From Felis catus (taxonomy: Eukaryota): a stretch of DNA of 64,000 bases. The stretch is from positions 28,708,001 to 28,772,000 of the forward strand of contig NC_058368.1 in NCBI RefSeq assembly GCF_018350175.1, read 5' to 3'. The notes beneath the pieces were generated by a model that made no database searches, was not told where the DNA came from, and worked only from the letters and a program-made list of their open reading frames with translations. Below, in pieces: positions 13,302-25,622 of this stretch (position 1 is the first letter of the stretch; every line of letters starts with the position of its first letter). A program made the translations under genes and the position numbers.

Positions 13302-13463
13302 GGGGCACGTGGGCACCTCAGTCGGTTAAGCCTCCGACTCTTGATTTCAGCTCAGGTCGTGATCTCACGGTTTGTGTCTTTGAGCCCCACGTGGGACTCT
13401 GCTCTGACAATATGGAGCCTGCTTGGAATTCTCTTCCTTCTTCTCTCTTTCTGCTCCTCCCCT

Positions 13464-13504
<41 letters not shown>

Positions 13505-13505
13505 A

Positions 13506-13544
<39 letters not shown>

Positions 13545-13575
13545 GTAAGTAAATAAATATTAAATAAATATTAAA
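13302..13575 (+). mobile_element. Can-SINE with (CT)n and long (TAAA)n tail
   Basis: SINE head, (CT)n at about 13465-13501, (AAAT)n tail. Confidence 0.9.
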
Positions 13576-13720
13576 AATGCTTTTTGTAGCTATATGTGTG
13601 TGTTTATATATATGTATAGTATTAATAAATATTTATCAAAATGACTCCTATGTGTCAGGCACTATCTAGGGACAGTGAGCAAAAGAAACAAATTCCTGTC
13701 ATTATGGAGCTTATGATTCA

Positions 13721-13833
13721 GTGGGTGGCTCAGTCAGTTGAGTGTCTTACTTGATTTGGGCTCAGGTCATGATCCTAGGGTCATAGGATTGAGCCTCCTG
13801 TCGGGCTCTGTGCTGAGTGTGGAGCCTGCTTAA

Positions 13834-13895
<62 letters not shown>

Positions 13896-14107
13896 TTCTC
13901 CCCCTTCCCCTCCCCCTCTCCCTCCCTCTCTCCTCTTCTTTCCCCCTCTCCCCCTTCCCCTCTCCTCCTCTTTCCCTCTCTCCCCCTGTCCCCCTCTCTT
14001 TCCCTCTCTCTCTTTTCCCTCTCTCTCCCCTTTTCCCTCTCTCTTCCCCATCTCCGCAGCTTGTGTGCTCTTTCTCTCTAAAATAAAATAGTAATAATAA
14101 AAAATAA
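13721..14107 (+). mobile_element. Can-SINE with greatly expanded CT-rich region
   Basis: gggtggctcagtcagttgag head, about 210-nt pyrimidine tract from 13835, A-rich tail. Confidence 0.85.
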
Positions 14108-14149
14108 AGTTACTTTTTATCTTCCCCTTCAAGACTGACAGTGTAAACA

Positions 14150-14618
14150 TTTTTTTCTTTTTTTTAATTTTTTTAACGTTTATTCAATTTATTTTTTTAT
14201 TTTTTTATTTTTTCAAGGTTTTTTATTTATTTTTGGGACAGAGAGAGACAGAGCATGAACGGGGGAGGGGCAGAGAGAGAGGGAGACACAGAATCGGAAA
14301 CAGGCTCCAGGCTCTGAGCCATCAGCCCAGAGCCTGACGCGGGGCTCGAACTCACGGACCGCGAGATCGTGACCTGGCTGAAGTCGGACGCTTAACCGAC
14401 TGCGCCACTCAGGCGCCCCAACGTTTATTCAATTTTTGAGAGAGAGAGAACTGTGAGCGAAGGAGGGGCAGAGAGAAAGGGAGACACAGAATCTGAAGAA
14501 GGTTCCAGGCTCTGAGCTGTCAGCACAGAGCCCGAAGCAGGGCATGAACTCATGAACCGCAAGATCATGACCTGAGCCGAAGTCAGCTGCTTAACCAACT
14601 GAGACACCCAGGCACCCC
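14150..14618 (-). mobile_element. Older antisense Can-SINE (host of a nested SINE)
   Basis: Tail at 14150-14190, body at 14420-14618, flanks cagtgtaaacatt and cagtgtaaatatt. Confidence 0.87.
14191..14419 (-). mobile_element. Young felid Can-SINE nested in the tail of an older SINE
   Basis: Perfect 16-nt TSD aacgtttattcaattt at 14175-14190 and 14420-14435. Confidence 0.93.
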
Positions 14619-15977
14619 AGTGTAAATATTTTCTATATTATTTTCTGTAATGCCTATATGCATATCTATTTAATCAAGTACAATAATTTTTACAAAAAAT
14701 GTATACCATGTATATAAAATTTTATAGTCTGCTTTTTAAAAAACCTGATATTTTATAAGGAGCATCTTCTTATGACATTAGATATTCCTCAAAAGTATAA
14801 TTTTTGGTGTCCATACAGTATTTCATCAAATAGGTATGCTATTATTTATTGAACATTCTCATTTTATCCACATTCCCATTGTTGGTAATTTGGGTTCTTT
14901 CTAAGTTTTCACTCTTCTAAATAACACTTTGGTAAATATCATTGTACTTATATCTTGTAATCACTGATTATTTTTTAGGCTTGAATGTTAGAAGTGTAAT
15001 TACTAATCAAAAGGTCTAGACATTTTCAAGAATAATTCAAGAATAATATATGTTGCCCAGTTGCTTTCGAGGAAGTATGTTCATGGTTTCTTGTCAGTGT
15101 TGGGTCTTTCTTTATATGTACTTTGCCAAATTGATAGGTTTTAATTTGCATTAAAAATTACTAAGTAGGCTGAATCTTTTATATGTTTTTTTGGCTATTG
15201 CTTCTGTAAAACATCAGTGAATTGAGTGGATTTGGGAAAGGAGAAAGGGACTGATGAAATAACTTACAGTCTGTCGAGAAAATGTTGAAATTTACACTAT
15301 GCTTGTCTATGTAGATATTTGCCAAAACGTATCCACTTGTTGATGTAAAGATAATTTAAATATTTTTTATATAGTTGCCTTGCAAAGCAGATTATAGATT
15401 AAGCTTTTTAAAAAGAATTGGTTAGAGAACAAATAACAAAATTTATATGACTGGTATTTTGACACCCATGCAGAAATAAGGAGACTAAAAAATATTTTGT
15501 TACCATATTAACTTTCCTTTGCCTCAGAAGATGAAATAGCCTGAAACAAACCCCTAAATCACTGATATTCTAACTCTTTAAAATTCTATTACTGTATTTT
15601 TTTTCTTACCTTAGTTGTTGACATTCTCTTTATTAATTCTGTGTATTGCCATGTGACTCCAAAGAGCTGGAGTGGAAGACTTTAAGTCAATAGAAGATTG
15701 CTTGCATTACCGAAGTGTGAGCCAATACAAATTAAGCTACAAATAAATTACATTTAAACTTTAATGTCTGGCTGGGAGGAGACACTCAAGATAATCTGGG
15801 GAGTAGAAAGGTAGGATGGGAAGTTCAAATGATTTTCTGTAGCTTTTTCTAAGCCAGGAACCCTTTTCACATTAGAATCTTGTTAATTTGATTGACACGA
15901 AACTGCAGTTCCATAATGTGTGATATATGTGTTTCACGTTAAGCATAAGAATGCATTTTAAATAATTATATAATATT

Positions 15978-16196
15978 AAAATTTTTTTTTAATTTTTTTT
16001 TTTTTTTGAGAGAGAGAGGGCAAGGGGTGCATGCTCACATGAGCAAGGGAGGGGCCGAGAGAGGGAGACAGAAGATCTGGATCAGGCTCCATGCTGACAG
16101 CAGAGAGCCTGATATGGGGCTCAAATTCACGGAACCACAAGATCATGACCTGAGCTGAAGTCGGATGTTTAACCGATTGAGCCACCCAGGCGCCCC
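15978..16196 (-). mobile_element. Can-SINE
   Basis: Reverse-complement SINE ending gagccacccaggcgcccc, with degenerate TSD aataattatataat/aacaatcatataat. Confidence 0.9.
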
Positions 16197-16964
16197 AACA
16201 ATCATATAATATTTTAATGTAGTCTCTTCTGTTTTGGCTTATTCTAGAGTCTCCCTTATTTAATAGAAAAAATTAGGGTTAACCTTTTTATAACGCACTG
16301 CCTAAACATTGTAGGTCATTGAAAGCAATTCCTAATAAATTGAGTAACAGTGCTATTGATCAGAAAATAAGATTTCTATTTTGTGAAAATGCATTTTAGT
16401 TATTTTAGCAAATAGGGAAAAACATTTACTTGTCAACTTAATCCTATTTGTGGATGCTGAAGCCACTTTCCCCACGTAATCACTGTTAAAATTACAAAGT
16501 TGTATTTCAGAAGTTCATTGATAAATGAAGTATTCCGAATAAAATATTTATTTAGTATTCCAAATAAATATTTATTTCAAATAAGCTATCTGGAATTTAG
16601 AAGGCATCACCTACAGAAACAAGGCTATTGAGAGTGGCCGAACTCTGTTACTTGCACTAGGCCCTTTGTAACCATATGGTTATAATATGTTCTAATTGTC
16701 ACTTGGATTGTTGGAAAAGGTCTCCCTATGTTCTGGCCTCTGTGTTAGAACTCAGGCCTCTGCTTCTTACCGTGTTGTCATCTTGCTTAGGCCAATTTTT
16801 ATGTACTTATACGATGTTAACTGCTTGGCAGATTTGTATAATTCATTAAAAAGATCAAGGCACATAATATAACGCTGTAGGTTAACTATAATGGAATTTA
16901 AAATAAAATATAAAAATCAAGGCATAAAAACAACTTTTACTGAGACCTCTGTGCTTCATGTGGC

Positions 16965-17130
16965 TGCGTCTAATCCTCAAAACATCCTTAGGAGGGAGGT
17001 GACTTCCCCGTTTCTAAGTAAAGCAACCGAGTCTTGGAGGGCCATGGTCACACAACTGATAAATAGCAGAGGTGGGATTTGAACCAGGATCTGTCCAATT
17101 CCAAAGTTTAGGTTCTTTTGTACCATATAC
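16965..17130 (-). mobile_element. MIR SINE (further MIR remnants at about 17210-17380 and 17620-17750)
   Basis: taatcctcaaaacatcctt...ggtcacacaactgataaatagcagaggtgggatttgaaccagg. Confidence 0.65.
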
Positions 17131-19773
17131 TGTTTCCCTGAAAGAACAATGATGATGATACTGCTAATGGCCACAATGACTACAAGGATTATAGTATTGC
17201 TAGTAATAACAGCTAATCATTTTGTAAAGCTTTACTGTGAGCCAGAGGTTATGGTCAGTCTTCCCCATAATCTGTGAAATAAGCACCATAAATAGTGTAA
17301 CTTTAGAAAGAAGTGGAGGCTCAGAGAGGTAAGGGACTAACCTAAATTACCCACAGCCTGTAAGTGGTAGAGCAGTGAAAAATCAATTTGATCCTATTCT
17401 GATACTTTAAAATAAAGAACTTAAAATGTAAGTGTTTTCGTTTTTCTTTGGCTTCATCAGTGCTGTTACACTGTAGCCATTCTGAGTCATTTGGAACCCT
17501 TTGGAGTCTATTTTCATTGAATTATGTCTATATTAATAATAATTTCTATTTATAGATTCGATTGCTTTAAATTTCTTTTTCCAGTACTGCTTTCTTTCAT
17601 AAATAGTGACATTGTGCCGTACCCCTTGAGGATATTCTCATTTAGTAAATGAGGACACAGACCTCCAGACTAATTGTTTGCCTGAGGCCTTGTATCAAAT
17701 CAGAAGCAAATCTAGAACAGGGGCTTAGACATTTTTTGATTTTTAGGTCATACGGCATCTTTTATCTTGAAACCCTTCATGCCTATGTGTTGGGTTGTTT
17801 AAAGCTGTGATATAAGATGGTTTGTCCAGAAGGATTCTTGCTGCATTTTTCTGGTTTCTCTTTGAGGAAATTAGGTCTCTGGAGGTTCTATAGCTTGAAG
17901 GGCAGGAAAGGATTCTTATGGTTGATGTATTTTCTACTTTGAGTAACTATCACAAGTATTCATTCTACATAAAATATGTATGCATTGCTCCCTTTTTTTT
18001 TTTTAGATTTCAAGAGAAAAAGTATACCACAATTATTTTATTTAAAAATCTGTATAGAAAAATTTTGAAATATGTAGCCTAAATCTCTCCTGCTGATAGT
18101 TAAACTTGTTCTGTTCTCTTCTTATAACAAGTGTGGGCATGGATAACTATTATCCTTCATATAAAAATTCTTCCTAAACTTACATAACAGCATCTTTTAA
18201 CTGAGCCATTACATTTTTATTCCATAAACACTAAAAGCCCTCTGTGAGCCACTTTTGCTCCAGCCTGACATAAAAGGCAGGGTTCTCACCCCCTGAGGAC
18301 CCGAGAATCTTGCTAGGGAGATGAAACAGGCATATGGGAGAACTAAGAAAACTTCAGCATTGTGGTTCCTCACATATGTGCTGAGCAAACAGAGGGCAAA
18401 GAGGGCACCAGTGTAAGGAGGGTAAGATGTTTGAATCGTTCTTGGGCACAAAATTTGTAAAATCTTTTTTTTTCTCATGCATCTCCAATTAAGTTTGAGA
18501 CTGACAGCAGGGTACAATATGTACTATTACTTAATGGATTTACTATGTAGCTGTTTTTAACATTCTTCACCGATGTGATGAGATTGTATTAATAAAGTTT
18601 GACAGTACTTATTAAAGTATTTTCATCATTCTATAGACTATTTTAAGGAAGACTACAGGAAGAAAGATGATACTGAATTAGTAACTAGCATAATTTCTAT
18701 AAATTCAGTGATTCAGATTTTGTTACTAAAAAGCATCTTCATAAGGTTTTCTCCTTTTAGCCAGTGTTCTTGCCTACATTAAAATTTTTTCATTTGCATA
18801 TATATACTGGGTCTATAACCATGTAAATACAGGGCAAGTTGAGAAGAAAGTTAAAAATCTTGGGTGATCCTTTGCATGATAAGTTTTTTCTTTTCTTTTT
18901 TTTTTTTGTAAAAAAAAAAAACACTCTTACACATTTATATTCCTCTTCTTATAGTCCTATCTCCTATAGTCCTATAGTAGCCATTCTCATTGCCACTTAA
19001 ATTGTGTGTAAAATAAGTAAATAATTTAACATTGAGTTAATAAGAAAAAAGCTTAGGAGGATTTTTAAAAATAATATTCTTAATAATGTTGAGGTAAGTT
19101 GTGCAATCATAGTTCTTAGTGTTGAAATAGAATTTACAGATTGCATGATTCAGTCTCTCACTTCCAGCAGGTAAACTACCATCATCTTTAGGACAACTGA
19201 GAATTAGAGATACTGAGATATGGTGCCTGTTCCAATTGACTCTTTTAGTAAAGCAAACAGGAAGTGAATGAAGGCTCCTGTTGGGATGGTGGATTGTGGA
19301 TGGGAAGGGTGATGGATGCATGAGATATTTAGAGGTTATACTTACATTGTTTGAGACATGAGAAGTAATGAATTCTCTATGGCAGAAGAATCAATGAAAT
19401 TTTAATTGAAAAAGACATCAGGAAAAAGGCCTGATTTAGGAAAGAAGTCATGATTTGATTCAGCATGTTGAGTTGAACACCTGTATGGAGATGTTAAAAA
19501 CAATATTTGGAAATGGGAGTGTAGAGCTCAGGAGGAAGGTTAGGATCTCACAGTATATTTCTCAAGAATAAGGAAATGAGGAAAATGAAACAACTGTTAC
19601 CTGTTGTTGTTGCTGTTTAGTTGATGTAGCACATAACATAGCACCTGCCATATAATGGGTACTAGATGAGTGAATGAGGATTTGTGGGAGTAGGCTAGGT
19701 CTTTGCCAATGAAGTAACAAGTGAGAAAAGAGGAGGGGAAAAAGTTAAGGGTAGAGCCTTGGGAAATGCTTGC

Positions 19774-19912
19774 TTTTTTTCTTTTCTTTTCTTTTCTTTT
19801 CTTTTCTTTTCTTTTCTTTTCTTTTCTTTTCTTTTCTTTTCTTTCCTTTCCTTTCCTTTCCTTTCCTTTCCTTTCCTTTCCTTTCCTTTTCTTTCTTTCT
19901 TTTTTTTTTTTT
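19774..19912 (+). repeat. Compound (TTTTC)n(TTTCC)n polypyrimidine microsatellite
   Basis: Read directly; pure pyrimidine for about 139 nt. Confidence 0.92.
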
Positions 19913-22362
19913 AAGAGAGCAGGAGTCAGAGGAAGGGCTGGGGAAAGGCAGAGCGGAAAACCTACTTACTAAATGTTTAAGGCAGACGATGAAGCATAAG
20001 ATAAGATCAAGGGAAGAGGGTTGGAAAAAGAACATGAAGATCAAGAAAATACCTGATTTTTGGCTGTTTGATTTTCGATGCTTGCAAGTGAACAGTTTGA
20101 GTAAAATAAGGGTAATGGAGGCTTATTAGAGGCAGTGTGTATGTGGACTGTTTTTCAAGGGGCTTGAAGATGAAGAGAGGATCTTAGGTATCAGGAGACT
20201 GTAGGTTTTATTCAAGTACAGACATGTTTGTAGAAGAGAACGAATTTGAAAATGCAATTAAGAGGTCATATAGTTGGAAGATTTTGGAGGAGGTGGGAGG
20301 GGCTGCCACTAAGCTCAAGGTAGGTAGAGCTAGTCTTAGAGCCAGGGTGGGGGGTGGAGGGGGGGAGGAGTGATTGTCAAGAACAGAAATCAGAGTAGAG
20401 TAGAAAGATGAGGACACAGAGGGGCTGTGTGATGGAGGGAAGAAAAGTCATGGAATCTCAATTCAAATGACTTTAATCATCATGGGAAAGTACTGGACAA
20501 AATCATGTGAAAGAGTTGAAAAAGACTGGCAGCTTGGCTTGGCAATAACTTTTATAGGATGTGAAGGAAATTCTTTCTAAATAATAGTGAGGATTTAGCT
20601 GAGGTTGACCAATGCGAATTTGTAGTGGCCTCTCCTCACATTGTATCAGAGATTTGTAATAGAGCTAATGGAAGGAACAAATGTTCCATCTCTAGAACGT
20701 TGTGATTGTCTTCCCCAAATCATGCTATGGATTTATGAATTAAGGACTTTTAAAATAAGGTTCTTAAAAGAAGAAGCATATTTACTTGGGGTTTAGTAAT
20801 TAGGTAAGAAATTGCATACTTCTCTTATTCTCTTTCTTTTATTCCTTAGTCCCAGACAGGGGATTATAGCCTTTTCAGTATATGACACATTGTGGACCTC
20901 TCTGTAGGTTAGTAAAGATAGGGCTAACTCATTATTTTTGATAGCTGTGTAGTAGTCCATCCTATTGATTTATTAAGGTATATTTTGCCAATCCTCTAGC
21001 GTGGCATTTGGGGTTTTTTTGCAAGTATAAAATTGTTTTCATGTATCACTGTATATTTTCCTGACTATTCTCTTAAGATAAAGTCCTTGAAATAGAATTG
21101 TTGGATTAATGAACATAGCCATTTACATTTTTAAAAATATTGTGCCAAATTATTCTTCATAAGGTTGTCATTTTGTAGATAGACCAACCACAAATGAGAA
21201 TGCCAGTTTCCTCTTAACCTTACCAACACTGGGTATTATCATTCTTAAATCTTTGCCAGTTTGAAGTTCTAAAAAGATCTTGTTTTACCCTGTAGCTCCT
21301 TGTTAACCAATGAAATTGAAAATATTTTATTATGGTGTTCATTGGTATTTTATAGCAGTACTATTCATTTCTTAATCTGAAAAAATCTTTTTATATTAAA
21401 CATTTACTTGGCCTTTGTTATATATGTTGCAAACATTTCTTCTAAGTTTTCAGTCTGTGTTTTAATTTTTTTGTTTACTATATGTAAAAATTTTAATGTA
21501 ATAATTTTGTCTTTTCCTTATTGGCATCTGCTTTTGAATTAGCAGAAAGAATTACTGTGCTTTAAGATTACTTAAAAAGTCACATGTTTTCATGTAGTAA
21601 TTATGTGGTTTTACATTTACCATTAAATTTTTTAACTCATTTGGATTCCTTTTCCAAATTCCTAATTTTCACTATTTTGAAATGCCATTTTTCTCATATA
21701 TTAAAATCTTTAAGAATTTTTGTTAACTAGGTTTTAAATATGGAAAAGGTAGTCCATGTGATCAGGGCAAAAAAAATGCACATGGTACACAGGATTCACA
21801 TGAAAGAATCTCTCACCCCTTATTCTCCTTTCCCAGTGTTTCTTGTTCACACATTAAATTTCTACATATACTACATCATACCATTTCATTCTATTTTGTT
21901 CATTTGCCTATGTATTCATTTTTTTCATCTATTTTTTAAATTAAGGTCTCTCCTTTATTCTTTTACAGACCTTCCTGGCAGTGTTTCTAATGAATTATTA
22001 AGGGGAAGTTAGAGACATTTAGAAGGCACTGTCAGAAACTGGATCCTTGCCTGATTCGTTTTTCTTACATTAATATTTAGTTGGGGAAAGAAAGAACTTA
22101 GGCAATTTTTTGTAAGTAAAATAAAAAACAATTTTGTTAGTGAAACAAACAAAAAAAAAGAAGCTTAAACTAGAGTTTGTTACATTTTCAAAACAGTTTA
22201 TCAAGAAGTGTCAGTTACTGATTGCATCACATAGGGATCATAGTACAATAATGGGTTATGTTGAACTACCTCTTTCTCAAGGTAAATTTAGGCAAAAGAC
22301 TAGTTCACTGCTACTCGGTTCCAGAGATTTCTTTGATTTGACAATGTACTGCCACTAGGATT

Positions 22363-23204
22363 TGTAGTAGTAGTCATGGCACTTCTGACTCCAAACGTAT
22401 GGGTTTTCTGCACCAAGCAGTTCTCCAGTTCCCTGCAGACACCAACTGGGTATCCCATAATTTAATTCCATTCGGACACTAACTACCTGGAGTTAAACAC
22501 AGACCCCACAAGTTAGGGGTCAGTCCAAGACTGGCCCCATTTCAAGATGCCAGTCACAAGTTTGAGTCATCCATACTTCTGACTGTCGGGCTGTATGTAA
22601 GTGATTCTCACAACCCCCTCCTCCAGTTTAATAATTTGCTAGAATGGCTCATAGAACTGAGGGAAACACTTCTATTTACTGGTTTGTTATAAAGGACATA
22701 GTAAAGGATAGAAATGAATAGCCAGATGAAGAAGTGCATTAGGTGGAGACAGGAAGGGTCCTAAGCGTAAGAGCTTCTGTCCCTGTGGCATTTGCAGTGT
22801 GCCACCCCCTGACATGTGGATGTGTTCACCAACCTGGAAGCTCTCCAAATCTTACTGTGTAGTGCTTTTAAGGGGGTTCCAATACTAGACATGAGTCATT
22901 AAATAAATCAGTGGCCATTAGTGATTAATTAAATCTTGCCTCTCTGGGGCTGGGGCCTAAAGTTCCAGCTCAAACTGTATGGTAGGTTTTTCGGGCAACC
23001 AGCCCCAACCCTAAAGCTATTTAGGGGCCATTCAAGATATGTCTTATTTGCATAAACTCAGGTGTGTTTGAAAGAGGTTTATTTTGAATAAAAATGACTC
23101 CTCTCACCCCTATCACTCAGTAAATTCCAAGGGTTTTAGGAGCCTGCATCAGGAACTGGGGATGAAGACCAAATATATATTTCTTATTATATCACAATAT
23201 CACA
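22363..23204 (-). mobile_element. MER21-family solo LTR (ERV)
   Basis: Minus-strand start TGTGATATTGTGATATAATAAGAAATATATATTTGGTCTTC matches the recalled MER21 5' end; TG...CA termini; about 840 bp. Confidence 0.8.
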
Positions 23205-23553
23205 ATTGATTTGAAAAATAATATGAATTTGGGGAAATGTGATTGTAGTTACCTCTAGAAGTCTTTAAGGCACGCTGCAGAGTCACATAAACTTTGAGTT
23301 GAATGGAATTGCTTGTGTGTGTATAAATGTATTGTGCAGATTTTGTTTTTCTAAATAGGCCCACAACAAATTCTAAGGCCTAGTAAAACTAAACTCCGAA
23401 GTTAAAATCATCTGCGTTTGCATTATTCATTGACCTCTTCTTCATCGACTCCATTTCTCCATCACTTAAGGATAGGTTAAAATTTTAGCATTACCATTTT
23501 CAAGCTGTATAACCTGTCTTCAGTTGAACAACTGGGTAAGATATTGTGTACTT

Positions 23554-23776
23554 TAATTTTTTTTAATGTTTATTTTTGAGAGAGAGAGAGCGTGAGCAGG
23601 GGAGGGGTAGGGGTAGACAGAGAGGGAGACACAGAACCCAAACTCAGAGTCAGAGGCAGGGTCCAGCCTCTGAACTGTCAACACAGAATCCAGTGGGGGG
23701 CTCAAACTCATAAACCCTCAGATCTTCACCTGAGCTGAAGTCCAGCGCTTATCCGACTGAGCCACCCAGGCACCCT
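23554..23776 (-). mobile_element. Can-SINE
   Basis: TSD gatattgtgtactt on both sides. Confidence 0.9.
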
Positions 23777-24104
23777 GATATTGTGTACTTAAGAAGACTG
23801 TCATGAAGATTAAATTAAATAGCATAAATGGAAGAACTTGACACATACATGCCAGTTATTACTCTGTAGAGACCCTACCACTTTCCCTTTCAGTAGTTGG
23901 ATCAAACTATCTCCAACATCAAGTACCAACTTCTTCAGTTTTATTTCAGTAATTATGCACTCTCTTTTCTGTCTTTCTCTACCAGCTCTTCCTCATCACC
24001 ATTTGAACATGTTCAATTTCTTGCTTCATTAAAAAAAAAAAAAAAGGCTACCATCTTCCACACTGTCCCCAGCTGGCAGCAGCCCGCCTCTCCCTTCTTT
24101 TCAT

Positions 24105-24450
24105 GGCCATTTTGTAGAATGTTGCTCAACTTGGGCTTGTCTTATGTTTCCTCATGAGTTGATTGAGATCGTGCATTTTTAGTAAGGATACTGTAGAAGT
24201 GATGTTGTATCCCCCTCAGGGCATTATGTTAAAACTTTAGTACGTGAAATTGATACATCTCTTTAGTGGTAATGTTAATTTTGATCACTTGGTTAAGGTG
24301 GTAACTACCAGCTTCCTCCACTGTTGCATTATTTTTCCCTTTGTCTCTTTGAGTCTCTACAAATATTCCATTTCTCGTCATACTTTTACCCACTAATTTT
24401 ACCACCCATTGATGATTCTTGTTTCCAGTAGTTACTGTTATGGGGATTTT
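24105..24450 (-). mobile_element. Ancient L1 (L1MC/MD-like) 3'UTR fragment
   Basis: ttttgtagaatgttgctcaacttgggcttgtc and ttaattttgatcacttggttaaggtgg motifs. Confidence 0.6.
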
Positions 24451-25400
24451 CTATCAGTTTTTAATAGTAGAGGTTCTTAACTTGCAGTTTCCGTGGTATA
24501 TATATTTTGTATACATATACATACATATTTCGCTCATGCATTTTACTCGGAGAAGAGATACAGCATTTGTCAGGTTTCCAAGAGGTCTTTAAATAGTATT
24601 TTCTTTTTTCATCTATCACTACTTTCTCAACTTTATGGTCACAGCACCTATATCCATTAGAGCAGATGAAAGGAATTTCTTATGTATTTGGCTTCTGTTT
24701 CTGTCTTTTACTGTAGCTTATTCCACATCTCTCTGAAAAGATTCTGTACATAAGTAACCAAAATATACCTGAGGTGAATAAAAGCAGTATTTGTTGTTGT
24801 CTTATGTTGTCTAGACTTTGTCTTCCCTGGCCCACAATTGGGAAACCATTAAATTTTGATACCTGTATTTCTAGTTTTATGTCAGAGAACATGTATTTTC
24901 ATCTTTATGAAGTTTTTAAAAGTCAGATACAGAATTTAGCCTGTCTTGTAACAAAGGTTGATAAAACTTTTTAAAAGAATATTGCCACAAGTTGTGATAG
25001 CTTAATTGTAATTGTTTCTCTTTTATTACAAGTTATGCTTTCTTGGAGTAAATAGATTCTCGTGAAAGAAAGCTTAATTGAGACCTTAGCTGAAACATGA
25101 ATTTTTATAAGAAGTAGTTTATGTTTTTATTTTTAATTCCAAAAACATTTCTATGGTTTTGTCTTTTATACAGCTGGCAAAAATGAGTTTCTTATATTTT
25201 TGTTTTTTAGGAAATACTATATCACTTATATGCATGCATTTTTTTTTTTAAATAAAGGTATTACCACAAGATGGCTAGTTTGGCAGAAAAGAATTAAAAT
25301 ATATGTGATAATTATAATTCTGAAGGATTATGCATGAATTTATGTTATTTAATGGGATGATCATGTTGAGTCTAATGTAGTTTTCATAAAAGTTTATATT

Positions 25401-25622
25401 AAAAAAATTTTTTTAATGTTTATTTATTTTTGAGAGACAGAGAGAGACAGAGCACAAGCAGGGGAGGGGCAGAGAGAGAGAGAGAGAGACACAGAATCCG
25501 AAGCAGGCTCCAGGCTCCAAGCTGTCAGCACAGGGCCCAATGTGGGGCTTGAACTCACAAACCGTGAGATCATGACCTGAGCTGAAGTCGGTGCTTAACC
25601 GACAGAGCCAGCCAGGTGCCCC
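25401..25622 (-). mobile_element. Can-SINE
   Basis: TSD taaaagtttatatt at 25387-25400 and 25623-25636. Confidence 0.92.

Noticed and set aside
13817..14150. Low-complexity LSLSL/RERE, KERK and FLSF ORFs (also 19721-20129, 40414-40807, 58186-58486)
   Set aside because: Artefacts of microsatellites that lack stop codons.
20345..20372. G-rich tract as a possible G-quadruplex
   Set aside because: Irregular runs within degenerate intronic, L2-like sequence; no independent support.
20795..20812. TAG|GTAAGA possible recursive splice site in the long GC-AG intron
   Set aside because: No polypyrimidine tract upstream, and the intron is short for recursive splicing.
21945..22117. Strong acceptor at 21968 with TTT|GTAAGT at 22111 (143-nt pseudo-exon)
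   Set aside because: Weak exon-side donor and no other support; expected by chance in AT-rich introns.
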